A stretch of DNA of 64,000 nt from Candidatus Dormiibacterota bacterium (GCA_963718525.1 OY970355.1:1824001-1888000); one strand, 5' to 3'. Positions 1-10,290 are shown, numbered from the stretch's first letter. The notes: a model not told the origin generated them from the letters alone. Program-made: numbers and translations.

Positions 1-1
1 G

Positions 2-2764
2 GCATCGACGGCGGCGCGTGGGTCATTGGGCAGTTCGCAGCTTTCTCTCAGCAACCCTTCGGTCAGCCTCCCGCCGACTCCGAATTTCACCGACGATGGG
101 TTGTGCGTCTTCGTTGCCCTCGACAATAGCGACGCCTGCAATCAGGACGTTGTGGACGCCATCGACAATGCTCGCGCGGCCCTCGAAAGCCTTCCCCCGC
201 TCGCGCTGAGCGCCGCGGCATATTACGCCATGACGGTGCCAGAGCAGCTATTCGTGACTGTGAATCTGGAGCGGCTCGCTCGCGGCGCCTCGCCCATCGC
301 CGGCCTGACAACGCAGCTCGACACCGTCGCGCAGACTGGAGCCAACAACAGCTCCGATCCGTCGCTCAATGGGATCTCACAATTGACGGGCGGAGCCTCG
401 ATGGTGCGCGGGGGAGGCAATTGGGCTGCGGGGACGAGCAATCCCCTCGGCTCCGATTACTACTGGATGTACGACGACGGCGGCCCCTCCGCCTGGGGGC
501 ACCGTGACAACATCCTCGGCGGCTATGCCACTGGCCTGTGTGGCTCGTCTGGGGTCCAGAACTATATGGGCGCCGGGTACACGACGGGTGGCTCGGTGAT
601 CGGTGGGTATGACTATGGTCCCTCCTTTACCGAGGTCTTTATTGGAGCGTGCGGACCTCCCCCGACCGACGTGGTGTTCACCTGGCCCCAAGCGCTCCAG
701 TTGTTGGATGCCGCCAGGATCGCCTCGGTGACCCCCGCGGCGGGTCCGCTGACCGGTGGACAGACAGTCACCGTGACCGGAAGTGGGTTTGCGCCGGGGA
801 TGTCCGTGACCATTGGCGGGACATCCGTGACGCCGACAGGCGTTTCCGCCACGTCGTTCACATTCATCACGCCAGCGGAGTTGGCGGGCTCGGTCCCGGT
901 CCAGGTGACCACCTCGTTCGGCTCAAGTGCCCTGACCCCAGCTGACCGCTACACCTATGGCACGCTGCCGGTGATCACGTCGGTGACCCCGTCGGCGGGT
1001 CCGGTGACGGGGGGCCAGACGGTGACCGTAACCGGGAGCAGCTTTGTTGTCGGGATGACCGCAACCATCGGCGGTATCGTGGTGACGCCGAGAGCAGTTT
1101 CTGCAGCCTCCTTCACCTTCACGACTCCGGCCGAGGCGGCAGGGACGGTCCAGGTTCGGGTGACGACGCTGATCGGTGCGACTGCCATCAGTCCGGCCGA
1201 CGAGTACACATACGTCACGCAGCCCGTGATTAGCACGGTGACCCCGTCGGCGGGTCCGGTAACGGGGGGCCAGACGGTGACGGTAACCGGCAGCGGGTTC
1301 GTCGCTGGGATGACCGCGACCATCGGGGGGACAGCGGTGACCCCCTCGAGCATCACCGCGAGCTCATTCACATTCACCACCCCAGCGGAGCCAGTTGGCT
1401 ACGACCAGGTCCAGGTAACCAACCTGGCGGGGACGAGCGCGCTTACGACGGTAACCGGATACATCTACAGCGGGCTGGGCAGCTTCGTCCCGGTCACTCC
1501 GTTCCGGATCCTGGACACGCGCTCTGGGCGCTGTGGGATCCACACCTGTGGCGCTCTCGGTGCAGGGCAGACGCTCGCCCTCCAGATCACCGGATACACG
1601 GACGCGCGCACCGGCGAGTCCGTCCCCACTGACGCCACAGCAGTGGTTCTCAACGTGCTCGCTGTCAACGGCTCAGCACCGAGCCTGCTGACCGTCTATC
1701 CCGGCGGGACGGGACGACCCCTTGCCTCTGACCTCAACTTCAGCGCTCACGAGAACATCGCCAACCTGGTCACTGTTGCGCTTGGCCAGACCGGCATCTC
1801 CGACGCCCAGCGCGAAGTCAACATCTACAACGCCTTTGGCACGCTCGACGTCGTGGTTGATGTCGAGGGGTATTTCGTGCCCCAGACGGTGAGCAACCCA
1901 GCGGGGGAGTTCCATGCGATCGCGCCGCTGCGGGTCTGCGACACCCGCGCCAACCAGCCGGCAAACGGCTGCAACCTCGGGCACAGCACCGACGACACAA
2001 TCGGTCCAGGACAGGTGTTCAAGGTGAATGTCACCGGTATCCCAAGCGGGGTGGGCGGCTCGCCGGCGAGCATCCCGTCCGATGGGAGCGCCGGGGCGGC
2101 GATGCTCAACGTGACCGCGGTGGCCGGCACGCAAGCCACCTGGCTCAGCGTTTTTCCCACCCAGAGCAACGGCGCCTGTCTGACCAGCGCCCCGGCCTCG
2201 TCGACGATCAACGTGTCGGCAGGCGGGGTCCTGGCCAATCGGGTGATGGTGCCGCTCGGGCCTAGCCACAGCGGTGGGCCGAGCACTGATGTGTGCGTAT
2301 ACAACGCGGCAGGGGCGATCAATGTGGCCCTGGATGCCGGCGGTTGGTTCGGTTCGAGCTCAGGGACCGCGCCGGCCGGCGCGCAGTATCAGGCGATCGG
2401 GCCGACCCGAATCTGCGACACACGGAGCGGAGCCGGCACCGAGTGCTCGGGACACCAGCTGACCTCCGGGGGTACCCTGCTGGTGGCGGTCGCCGGCGTG
2501 GGCGGGATCCCGGGGAGCGGGCCGGTGGCGATCATCGGCAACCTCACCGCGGTGAATGGGAGCCAATCGACGTATCTCACGATGTACCCGGCTGACGTGA
2601 ACCCGCGGCCGAACGCCTCAGACGTCAACGTCAACTCGGGCATCGCCCTGCCCAACCTGGTGGTGGTGAGCCTGGCGTCGGGAGCCCACGCTGGTGACGT
2701 CAACCTGTTCAACGACGCGGGGAGCATTGACGCGGTGGTCGACGTCGATGGGTGGTTCCAGTGA
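2..2764 (+). CDS. Large surface/secreted protein, 5' truncated: CAP/SCP-like domain, 3 IPT/TIG repeats and 3 C-terminal 'P.R(I/V).DTR' beta-repeats
   Basis: The frame is open from position 2. GHRDNIL is a CAP-like motif. There are three ~85-aa 'SVTP.AGP.TGGQTVTVTGS' IPT repeats and three PFRILDTR/PLRVCDTR/PTRICDTR modules. Confidence 0.75.
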   Translation, partial: ASTAARGSLGSSQLSLSNPSVSLPPTPNFTDDGLCVFVALDNSDACNQDVVDAIDNARAALESLPPLALSAAAYYAMTVPEQLFVTVNLERLARGASPIAGLTTQLDTVAQTGANNSSDPSLNGISQLTGGASMVRGGGNWAAGTSNPLGSDYYWMYDDGGPSAWGHRDNILGGYATGLCGSSGVQNYMGAGYTTGGSVIGGYDYGPSFTEVFIGACGPPPTDVVFTWPQALQLLDAARIASVTPAAGPLTGGQTVTVTGSGFAPGMSVTIGGTSVTPTGVSATSFTFITPAELAGSVPVQVTTSFGSSALTPADRYTYGTLPVITSVTPSAGPVTGGQTVTVTGSSFVVGMTATIGGIVVTPRAVSAASFTFTTPAEAAGTVQVRVTTLIGATAISPADEYTYVTQPVISTVTPSAGPVTGGQTVTVTGSGFVAGMTATIGGTAVTPSSITASSFTFTTPAEPVGYDQVQVTNLAGTSALTTVTGYIYSGLGSFVPVTPFRILDTRSGRCGIHTCGALGAGQTLALQITGYTDARTGESVPTDATAVVLNVLAVNGSAPSLLTVYPGGTGRPLASDLNFSAHENIANLVTVALGQTGISDAQREVNIYNAFGTLDVVVDVEGYFVPQTVSNPAGEFHAIAPLRVCDTRANQPANGCNLGHSTDDTIGPGQVFKVNVTGIPSGVGGSPASIPSDGSAGAAMLNVTAVAGTQATWLSVFPTQSNGACLTSAPASSTINVSAGGVLANRVMVPLGPSHSGGPSTDVCVYNAAGAINVALDAGGWFGSSSGTAPAGAQYQAIGPTRICDTRSGAGTECSGHQLTSGGTLLVAVAGVGGIPGSGPVAIIGNLTAVNGSQSTYLTMYPADVNPRPNASDVNVNSGIALPNLVVVSLASGAHAGDVNLFNDAGSIDAVVDVDGWFQ
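725..1480 (+). repeat. Three intragenic ~255-bp tandem units encoding IPT/TIG domains
   Basis: 'cggtgacccc...gcgggtccg...cagac.gt.ac.gt.accgg' recurs near 726, 981 and 1236. Confidence 0.8.
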
Positions 2765-2926
2765 CGTCGAGCGACTCGCGACAACCGACCACCCAGCTGC
2801 TGGTCGTCGACGACTTGGTTCCCTAACACCGGACGCCGGCGATGTTGAACGCACCGATACAGGGTCGGTTTGCGGCGAACTGCGTCTCGACTGTCGCGCC
2901 CACAGCTCGCCTCTATACTCTTGCGG

Positions 2927-3901
2927 ATGCCTACGACAAGGCCCGAGCAACGTCAGGTCCTGATCATCGGTTGGGGATTCCTGGGCGCAGCGATCGGCAA
3001 TAAGCTGCTGGCGGACGGATTGAGCGTGACGGGCTTGACACGCTCAGCGACGTTGCGCACCGAGGCGTCACGTCGTGCAGGCGCTCGTATCGTCGTGGGC
3101 GATGCTCGTGAACCAGATGTCCTCGAGGATGCGCTGCTTGATGTCGATCACGTTGTGTACTGCGCCGGAGGAGTGACGCCTCCAACAGCAGCCGCCGACC
3201 CGCCCCGAGCTGCAGCGGAGATGCTGCCGCCTCTGCTTGCGCTGAACGAAGCTCTGAGCAAACGCCCGCATGTGGCACTGACGTACTTGTCTACCTCTGC
3301 CGTCTACGGCAATCCCGATCGACTTCCCGTTGGCGAGACGGACCCGGCGTTGCCCATCTCTCCGTACGGCGCGTTGCATCTGTCCGCCGAGCTGTGCATG
3401 CAGGCGTACGCCCGGCGCTTCGGGAGCCCGCTAAACATTCTCCGATGTGCCAACGTCTACGGTCCGGGTCAGGCATACGACAGCGACCAGGGGGTCTTCG
3501 CGATCTTTCTGGATCGGATCAGTCGCGCGATCCCGGTTTCCATCTTCGGAGACGGACTGGCCCTGCGGGACTACGTGCTTATTGACGACGTCGCATGGGT
3601 CGTTGCACGCATCATCGAAGATGGGATCGACGTGGGGACCGTTAACGTCGGGTCGGGTGAGGGGCGCAATGTTCTCGAAATCATCGACGCCATCAGCAGA
3701 ACCGTCGGCGGGTCCGCGACCGTGGACCATCGACAGCGGCGCGGATTTGAGGTCGGCTCCGTGGTCCTCGATATAAGCCGTCTCAGTTCTCTGATGCCGT
3801 TCATGCCGACCGACTTTCATCGCGGCCTGGACCTTACGGCCGCGGAGTACTCGCGGCGCCGGCGGCTCGAGGTTGATCCCATCGGCGCCCCGCAGACCTG
3901 A
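2927..3901 (+). CDS. NAD-dependent epimerase/dehydratase (extended SDR)
   Basis: Rossmann motif IIGWGFLG, plus STSAVYG, NVYGPGQ and RDYVLIDD. The YxxxK position reads YGALH. Confidence 0.85.
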   Translation: MPTTRPEQRQVLIIGWGFLGAAIGNKLLADGLSVTGLTRSATLRTEASRRAGARIVVGDAREPDVLEDALLDVDHVVYCAGGVTPPTAAADPPRAAAEMLPPLLALNEALSKRPHVALTYLSTSAVYGNPDRLPVGETDPALPISPYGALHLSAELCMQAYARRFGSPLNILRCANVYGPGQAYDSDQGVFAIFLDRISRAIPVSIFGDGLALRDYVLIDDVAWVVARIIEDGIDVGTVNVGSGEGRNVLEIIDAISRTVGGSATVDHRQRRGFEVGSVVLDISRLSSLMPFMPTDFHRGLDLTAAEYSRRRRLEVDPIGAPQT

Positions 3902-3932
3902 TTGCGGCGCGCGACCGTTATTGGCAGGGGCG

Positions 3933-4368
3933 CTAGCTGGATACGTAGCTCCGTTCGGGATGCGCTCGCTGGTCATATACCCGACGCCGATCAACCAGTG
4001 CCTGCTTGCACAGCGCGCAGCGGCAGCCACCGTCCGCGTAGCACTGGACCGTGCCGTGCTGCTCCCGAAGCATCGGCCTGACCCCGAGCGGGTCGCCGTA
4101 GCGCTCAAAGCGCTGCTGATGGGCGAAGCAATAGCGGTGGGGAGCGCGTGGCGCCGTGGCACAGTCCTTAAACAGCGCAGATGTAGGTCAAGGGCATGAT
4201 CCCCCCAGCATCCCTGACGATCTGACGAACGCGCTCCCGCGTCAGCCCCAGGCTGCTGCCGATCCGAGCCAAGCTTTCACCCGCTTGGTAGCGGCGCAGC
4301 ATCTCGGAATTGCGCTCCGCAACCTCGGGGTGCGGAACTGGCGCGGTCGATCGTCGCTTTCCGTCCAT
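3933..4368 (-). pseudogene. Sigma-70 region 4-type HTH fused to Cys/His zinc-binding motifs, interrupted by a +1 frameshift near 4170
   Basis: The 5' part reads ...GESLARIGSSLGLTRERVRQI...ICAV then TAA. Skipping one T continues KDCATAPRAPHRYCFAHQQRFERYGDP...HGTVQCYADGGCRCALCK to TAG at 3933 (144 aa total). Confidence 0.65.
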
Positions 4369-4613
4369 CGCTGAGGTCCAGTCATTCGCATCGTACCCCG
4401 GACTCGGGCCGGACAGAGTCCACTGAAGTGCAATTGGTCTGTACGGTAGCGGACCGAAGTCCCGAGTACTGCCTCGTAGCGTGACCTGCAGAGACGGGGC
4501 AGCCTGGGATAGCAGTCAGTCCTATTCGCCGTGAGAACGGCATTGTTGGGACGAACTGTTCACCCCAATTTGTCGCCGTCACGTTAGGTAGGTCGACATC
4601 CAGGAGGACGATA

Positions 4614-5519
4614 GTGCGGAGACTTCGGCGTTCAATTGCGATTCCGATCGGGCTTGTGGCCGCGATCATTCCCGCCACATCGGTGTTTGCGGCCCCGGCC
4701 GCAGGCTCGAGCGTGCTGTACAGCAGCATGGTGCCCTCGCCGGGCAACGTTCCAAGCGTGGGGTTCGAGGCCACTCAAACTTCGCAGTTCGGCAATGAGA
4801 TCACCCTGACTCGCTCGGCGAAGGTCGGCACGGTCACCGTGACCATGAGCTCCTGGGGCTGTCAAACCGGTGGTTGGACCTCCAACAACTGCATGACCAC
4901 CCCGGGGTCCACGTTTGCTGAGCCGATCACGCTCAACCTCTACCAGGCACCGGCCACCAACCCGACCACCCAACTGGACGTGCCGGGCTCAGGTGTGCCG
5001 GGCGCGCTGATCACCTCGGTCACCAAGACCTTTCAGATCCCCTACAGGCCCTCGGCCAACCACACGAAGTGCATCGGCGCTGAGGCCGGTGCCTGGTTCG
5101 ACAGCAAGAACGGGTTCTGCTTCAACGGCCTTGCCACCAACATCATCTTCAACCTCAAGTCGCTGAACGTGACGCTCCCGAAGACGTTCGTCTACGGCAT
5201 CGCGTACAACACCAGCAACTACGGCGCGGTGCCATACGGCGACGCGACCGCCTGTTACAGCAGCTCCGGAGGCTGCGGCTACAACTCGCTGAATGTCGGC
5301 CTCTCGTCGGACCCGGACAATCTCAACAAGGGCACGAACCCCTATTCGGGATACGTCTGGTGGAACACGCTGAATAAGGGCTTCTATTGCGACGGCGGCA
5401 ACGCCGGATTCGGCACCTTCCGCATCGATTCGCCAGGCACCCCCGCGTGTTGGGGTGTGTACTCGCCGTACAACACCGCGCCCTGGGACATGCCGGCGGT
5501 CCAGTTCACCGCCGCCTGA
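4614..5519 (+). CDS. Secreted Cys-containing hypothetical protein
   Basis: AGGAGG RBS and GTG start, signal peptide ending VFA, high-GC3 codon usage, paired cysteines. Confidence 0.75.
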   Translation: MRRLRRSIAIPIGLVAAIIPATSVFAAPAAGSSVLYSSMVPSPGNVPSVGFEATQTSQFGNEITLTRSAKVGTVTVTMSSWGCQTGGWTSNNCMTTPGSTFAEPITLNLYQAPATNPTTQLDVPGSGVPGALITSVTKTFQIPYRPSANHTKCIGAEAGAWFDSKNGFCFNGLATNIIFNLKSLNVTLPKTFVYGIAYNTSNYGAVPYGDATACYSSSGGCGYNSLNVGLSSDPDNLNKGTNPYSGYVWWNTLNKGFYCDGGNAGFGTFRIDSPGTPACWGVYSPYNTAPWDMPAVQFTAA

Positions 5520-5533
5520 ACCGCGTACTCCTG

Positions 5534-5564
5534 GCCCGGCGGCGGCCAACACACGCCGCCGGGC
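5534..5564 (+). terminator. GC-rich hairpin after the 4614-5519 gene
   Basis: 11-bp stem gcccggcggcg / cgccgccgggc with no U-tract. Confidence 0.5.
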
Positions 5565-5612
5565 TACCGTCGCAGCCGGTGCCACTCAGCCGGTGCACGA
5601 GGTTAGCTGCTG

Positions 5613-5628
5613 TGTAATCATGTAATCC
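5613..5628 (+). promoter_or_regulatory. Tandem 8-bp direct repeat TGTAATCA-TGTAATCC abutting the start codon (putative operator or leaderless promoter)
   Basis: AT-rich tandem repeat directly before ATG 5629 in GC-rich DNA. Confidence 0.45.
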
Positions 5629-6168
5629 ATGAAAGGACACAGCTCTCCCGACCCGCTCACCGACGAGGAAGTCTCCGGCTGGTTCGCCGGCCGCCTGCCC
5701 GAGGGGCTCTACAAGTCTGGCCCCACCATCAGCTCGGATCCCGACGAGATCCTCATCGTCGGCGAGATCGACGAGCCCGAGCTTGCCGCCGACGCCGCCG
5801 AGGGGACCCGTGCGGCCGCCCGCAGCGCCCGGATCTCCCGGTTCCGTGCTGACACCCGCGACGCGCGCATCAAGGTCGCGCGCGATGCCGAGCGGCTCTT
5901 CGGCCGCAAGGTCTCCTGGGGAGCGCGCTGCGGTGGCGTCGAGGAGCTCTTCACCACCCTCGGCGTTCCGGTGATGACCCGGCTGCGAATCCAGGACCGC
6001 CGAGTGCTCGACACGCTGATCGAGGCAGGCGTCGCCCGCAGCCGCAGCGAGGCACTCGCGTGGTGCGTCCGGCTCGTCGGTCAGCATCAGTCCGACTGGA
6101 TCGAGAGCCTGCGCGGTGCGTTGACCGCCGTCCAGAAGGCGCGGGCCGAAGGTCCCGATGTCGCCTGA
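5629..6168 (+). CDS. Conserved hypothetical protein with a C-terminal ribbon-helix-helix-like segment
   Basis: The pattern VPVMTRLR...VLDTLIEAGVARSRSEALAWCV. It overlaps the next gene. Confidence 0.7.
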   Translation: MKGHSSPDPLTDEEVSGWFAGRLPEGLYKSGPTISSDPDEILIVGEIDEPELAADAAEGTRAAARSARISRFRADTRDARIKVARDAERLFGRKVSWGARCGGVEELFTTLGVPVMTRLRIQDRRVLDTLIEAGVARSRSEALAWCVRLVGQHQSDWIESLRGALTAVQKARAEGPDVA

Positions 6169-7117
6169 CCCGAGCGATGACGCCGAGTTGCTCGACGCAT
6201 ACTCGCGCACGCTCACCCAGGTAGCCGCGGAGCTGGCGCCGTCGGTGGCGGCGGTGCAGGTCACCTCGAGCCAGGGGCGCGGCGCCCCGCTCGGAAGTGG
6301 CTCGGCGGTCGCGCTCAGCTCCGACGGCTACCTGGTCACCTCGGCGCACGTGGTTGCGGGAGGTGACGGTGGCCGGCTCGACCTCGCCGACGGCCGCCAG
6401 CTCCGCTTCCGCGTTCAAGGGCGCGACCCGCTCTCCGACCTCGCGGTACTGATCGCCGAGCATGGCGATCTGTATCCGGCGCGGCTCGGCGACGCGTCGG
6501 CGCTTCGGGTCGGCCAGCTGGTGGTCGCCATCGGCAATCCCATGGGTTTGGCGGGCAGCGTCACCGCGGGTGTCGTCAGCGCCCTCGGGCGCTCACTGCC
6601 GACCCGTGCCGGCGCCCAGGTCCGGGTGATCGACGACGTGATTCAGACCGACGCCGCGCTCAATCCCGGCAACTCGGGCGGCGCGCTGGCGGACTCGTCC
6701 GGTCGAGTCGTCGGGATCAACACCGCCCTCGCCGGCGTCGGCCTGGGGCTCGCGGTCCCCGTCAACGCGACCACCGAGCGGATTCTGGGCCGTCTCGTCC
6801 GCGACGGCCGGGTCCGGCGCGCCCACCTCGGCGTGGCCGGATTGTCGCGCCCGATCCCACCGCGTTGGGCCGAGGAGATCGGTCGTGGCAAGGGTCTCGA
6901 GGTCGCCGAGGTCATCAAGGGCAGCCCTGCCGAGTCCGCCGGTCTCCGCCCCGGCGACATCATCATCGAGGTCGACGGCAGGCCGATCGAGAGCCCGCGC
7001 GACCTGCAGCGCCTCATGGTCGACGGTCCGATCGAGCGCTTCCTGGTGATCCGCGTGCTGCGCGGGCGGTCAAGTTACGTTGTGACAGCAATCCCGGACG
7101 AACTCGCAGCCGCGTAA
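6158..7117 (+). CDS. HtrA/DegP-family serine protease with PDZ domain
   Basis: Catalytic triad motifs TSAHVV, DLAV and QTDAALNPGNSGG, plus PDZ motif SPAESAGLRPGDII. Confidence 0.92.
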   Translation: MSPDPSDDAELLDAYSRTLTQVAAELAPSVAAVQVTSSQGRGAPLGSGSAVALSSDGYLVTSAHVVAGGDGGRLDLADGRQLRFRVQGRDPLSDLAVLIAEHGDLYPARLGDASALRVGQLVVAIGNPMGLAGSVTAGVVSALGRSLPTRAGAQVRVIDDVIQTDAALNPGNSGGALADSSGRVVGINTALAGVGLGLAVPVNATTERILGRLVRDGRVRRAHLGVAGLSRPIPPRWAEEIGRGKGLEVAEVIKGSPAESAGLRPGDIIIEVDGRPIESPRDLQRLMVDGPIERFLVIRVLRGRSSYVVTAIPDELAAA

Positions 7118-7243
7118 TACGGCGCGCAGCGCCCGGATGGTCGTTGTGGCTGGTGCGACGGAAACTGACCGTGGTTGACGACGCAAGTGCTGGTTCATCA
7201 GACTAGCCTCCGAGTCTCCAGGGATTAGCTAAAGGGGGAAGCC

Positions 7244-9451
7244 GTGCCTAGGATGATCATGCGCAAACGGGTCGCGCTCCTATCGTTGTTGTCGCTTCTG
7301 GTGGCGCTGCTCACGGCCTTCGGGGGAGCGGCGGTGGCTACCGCGAGCGCGAGCAGCGCAAAGGCAAGCGCGGTGACAACATCCAGTCTGGGACGGTTCT
7401 CGCCGACGTTCGTCGGCACGGCTGCCACAGGCTGCGCACCCGGTTGCTCGCTCCTGAGCGGCCCAGTCAGCGCATCAGCCAGCGCGGCTGCCGCAGCGAA
7501 TGGCCACCCGGCCACTGGGGCGCGAGCCGGGACCCCATCCCGCCCGCATGCAATGGCGTTGCCAAATGCCCATCCCCTGCAGCTCTCCGCGGCCGCGAAG
7601 CGCGCTCTCGCCGCCGGCTCTTCCTTCCCCGTCCCGTCCGTGAGCTGCCAGCCGCTCGGCCCGGGCTGTGACCTCATCAGCACATCGAAGGGTGGCGCCA
7701 CCGGCGTGAAAGGCCTGAACGCGGTCGATAGCGCCAAACACACCACCAACATTTACCAAGACGTTGAGCCCCCCGACCAGGGCTTGTGCGCCGGTAACGG
7801 ATCCGTGGTCGAGACCAACAACATCGGCGAGATCCTGGTCTTCAACACCGCTTTGCATCGCACATCCGCGCCGATCTCGTTGGACACGATCATGGGGCTC
7901 GCCGGCCTGGGATGGAGCAGTGGCGGGGATCCCTCCTGCCTCTATGACGCTGCGAATGGCGGCCACTGGTTCATCACCGAGATCGTCTCGGCCAGCCCCG
8001 AGTCGAGTGGCGGCGCGTTCGTGGGCTGCTTCGCTGCTGTCGCCCACGCCTGCTACGAGGGCATCGCGGTCAGCGACGGATCCAACCCGCTCGGCGGGTA
8101 CCACACGTACTTCGCGAGCGCCGACTACAACCCGAGCGAGCCGGGCTCGCCCTACCTGCTCAACGACTTCGCGAAGATCTCAGTGACCCGGGACGCCTTC
8201 ATGATGTTCTACGACGAGTTCCCGCTCAACGGGTCGGCGCCTGGCTTCGGTAACGGCTTCTTTAACGGCGCGCAGGAGTTCGCCTTTGACAAGTCCGCCC
8301 TCGAGCAGGGCCTGCCTGTATGGCTGTCCCCCGGACACCCGAACCCCCGGGTCACGGTGGCGAGGGAGAACATGGGCCTGATCCCCACCCCCGACGGGAC
8401 CTGCGCTCGCGACAAGGTGCTCCACCAGGGCGGCATCACGTGCTGGGTTGCGGTGATCCCGGCACAGCCGGCAGACGCGGGCCAGTTTGACAACAGCAAT
8501 GGCGGCACCGGGTTCATGCTGGGCTCGCTGGACTTCTACGGCTTCGTTCCGCTGCCGACCTCCGGCGACAACCGGATCGCGGCGTGGGCCTGGACCGGGC
8601 TTTCCGCCCTCAACAGCGCGGGGTGCGCAACCTGTGGCGCCATCCGCTTCAGCGGCCAGCTCTTCTCCGGCGTCGATCGGTATTACGGGCCTGAGAACCT
8701 CTCCAGCCCGCAGAAGGCCGGTCCGATACCGCTGGGCGATGAGTGCGGAGCGGCCGGCCTGAGCGCGGGATCGCCACCGCCGGCGTCCTGCCCGGAGGGC
8801 GGGATCGCCACCAACGGCGACTTCATGACGCAGGTCTCGCAGTCGCAGGGTCAACTCTGGGGAGCCACCAATACAGAGCTCGCCCAGACATACGCCGGAG
8901 CCAATGCGGAGATCCACCAGTCCGCGGTGTACTGGGTGGTCGGCACCAGCTCGTTCGACACCACCGGCAAGTTCAGCCTGACCAACCAGGGGTATGTCTC
9001 GGCGGCGCACGAAGACCTGGAAATGCCGGCAATGGCCGCGGAAGGCACCGGTGGTAACGGCAAGGCGATCATGTTGTTCACGGTTAACGGCAACGGCGGG
9101 CCGACCGGCGCCGATGGCGGCGGTTTCTACCCGAGCACCGCCTTCGGGCGTCTGACCAGCACCTCCAACGGCCTGCTCACGTCCACGATCAACATCGCCG
9201 ATGCGGGCAAGTCCCCGCAGGACGGCTTCAGCGAGTACGCGGGCTACCCCGGCACCACCCGCCCCCGTTGGGGAGACTACAGCTGGGGAATCTTCCTGCC
9301 GGGCTCCGGCGGGCGGATCTACTTCGCGAACGAGTACATCCAGTACCCGAACTGCACAGGTGCCGCGTTCACCCTGACGATCGGAACCTGCGGCGGGACC
9401 AGGGACGGTAATGCGAACTGGGGGACTTCGGTCGACTACGTGGTTCCGTAG
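7244..9451 (+). CDS. Large secreted hypothetical protein
   Basis: Signal peptide, EPPDQGLC, DPSC and RWGDYS motifs, strong coding bias. Confidence 0.8.
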   Translation: MPRMIMRKRVALLSLLSLLVALLTAFGGAAVATASASSAKASAVTTSSLGRFSPTFVGTAATGCAPGCSLLSGPVSASASAAAAANGHPATGARAGTPSRPHAMALPNAHPLQLSAAAKRALAAGSSFPVPSVSCQPLGPGCDLISTSKGGATGVKGLNAVDSAKHTTNIYQDVEPPDQGLCAGNGSVVETNNIGEILVFNTALHRTSAPISLDTIMGLAGLGWSSGGDPSCLYDAANGGHWFITEIVSASPESSGGAFVGCFAAVAHACYEGIAVSDGSNPLGGYHTYFASADYNPSEPGSPYLLNDFAKISVTRDAFMMFYDEFPLNGSAPGFGNGFFNGAQEFAFDKSALEQGLPVWLSPGHPNPRVTVARENMGLIPTPDGTCARDKVLHQGGITCWVAVIPAQPADAGQFDNSNGGTGFMLGSLDFYGFVPLPTSGDNRIAAWAWTGLSALNSAGCATCGAIRFSGQLFSGVDRYYGPENLSSPQKAGPIPLGDECGAAGLSAGSPPPASCPEGGIATNGDFMTQVSQSQGQLWGATNTELAQTYAGANAEIHQSAVYWVVGTSSFDTTGKFSLTNQGYVSAAHEDLEMPAMAAEGTGGNGKAIMLFTVNGNGGPTGADGGGFYPSTAFGRLTSTSNGLLTSTINIADAGKSPQDGFSEYAGYPGTTRPRWGDYSWGIFLPGSGGRIYFANEYIQYPNCTGAAFTLTIGTCGGTRDGNANWGTSVDYVVP

Positions 9452-9463
9452 CTCCGCGCAAGA

Positions 9464-9497
9464 GCAGGTGGTGGGCTGACAGCAGCCCGCCACCTGC
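9464..9497 (+). terminator. 15-bp stem hairpin
   Basis: gcaggtggtgggctg-acag-cagcccgccacctgc with one G-U pair, just after the stop. Confidence 0.55.
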
Positions 9498-9549
9498 CTG
9501 AGCGCCACGATGTTTGATTCGTGGCCACCGGCCGGCAGGCGGTGACGGT

Positions 9550-9930
9550 ATGGCTGCGATCCTCATGAATTGGACGGTCGCGGACTACCCTGGATCGATG
9601 CCCAACGCTTTCACTCGCGTTCCCGATTCGCCCGTACCGCCGCCAGGCCGCTTCGGCTCCGCGGTGATCCCCGTCGCCGATGCCTTCATGATCGCCATGT
9701 TCTCCAAGCCGCCGAGCGGAACGCTGCGGACCACCTGGGTCACCCCGTCGACGTATTGGATGACGCTCGCGACGTTCCTTGGCGCTGTGGTCATCGCCGG
9801 GTTGCTGCTCTCGGGGCTGGTGGGGAGCATCACCACCATATCGATCGTCGGCGTGGTGATCTGCTTCCTGTTCGCCATCGGCGCGGGATCTGTCGCCGTC
9901 GTCGGGGGATGCCAGCGCCGCGCGGTCTGA
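9550..9930 (+). CDS. Small hypothetical membrane protein (2 TM)
   Basis: Two hydrophobic helices in the C-terminal half. The start is uncertain. Confidence 0.45.
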   Translation: MAAILMNWTVADYPGSMPNAFTRVPDSPVPPPGRFGSAVIPVADAFMIAMFSKPPSGTLRTTWVTPSTYWMTLATFLGAVVIAGLLLSGLVGSITTISIVGVVICFLFAIGAGSVAVVGGCQRRAV

Positions 9931-10023
9931 GCTCGCCCACGCCGAAAACGCATACTTGCGCGCACTCGGTAAGGTCGGCATTCTCGCCAAAGGCCCTCCG
10001 AGCGTCCACGAAGGAGGCTTGCC

Positions 10024-10290
10024 ATGCCGAAACTGGTCATGACTCACGCTGTCGCCGATGTCGAACGCTGGCTCAAGGGCAAGGACGAGCGTGCCGCGAC
10101 AATTGGCGCGGTCGCCACGAACGTGACGGACCACGTCGCGGCCGACGGGAGCAATAACGTCGCCATCACCGCCGACGTCCACGACGCGGACGCCGCGCAG
10201 GCGATGGTGAACTCCCCCTCGCCCGAAACGGTTGCCCTGATGCAGAGCCACGGCGTCATCCCCCCGGTGACCACCTACATCGAGAGGTAG
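10024..10290 (+). CDS. Small hypothetical protein, possibly dimeric alpha/beta-barrel type
   Basis: AAGGAGG RBS, 88 aa, 'THAVADVERWL' pattern. Confidence 0.7.
   Translation: MPKLVMTHAVADVERWLKGKDERAATIGAVATNVTDHVAADGSNNVAITADVHDADAAQAMVNSPSPETVALMQSHGVIPPVTTYIER

Noticed and set aside
5589-5610. Minus-strand aacctcgtgcac resembling the Y core
   Set aside because: It lacks the AT-rich arm and any HNH context.
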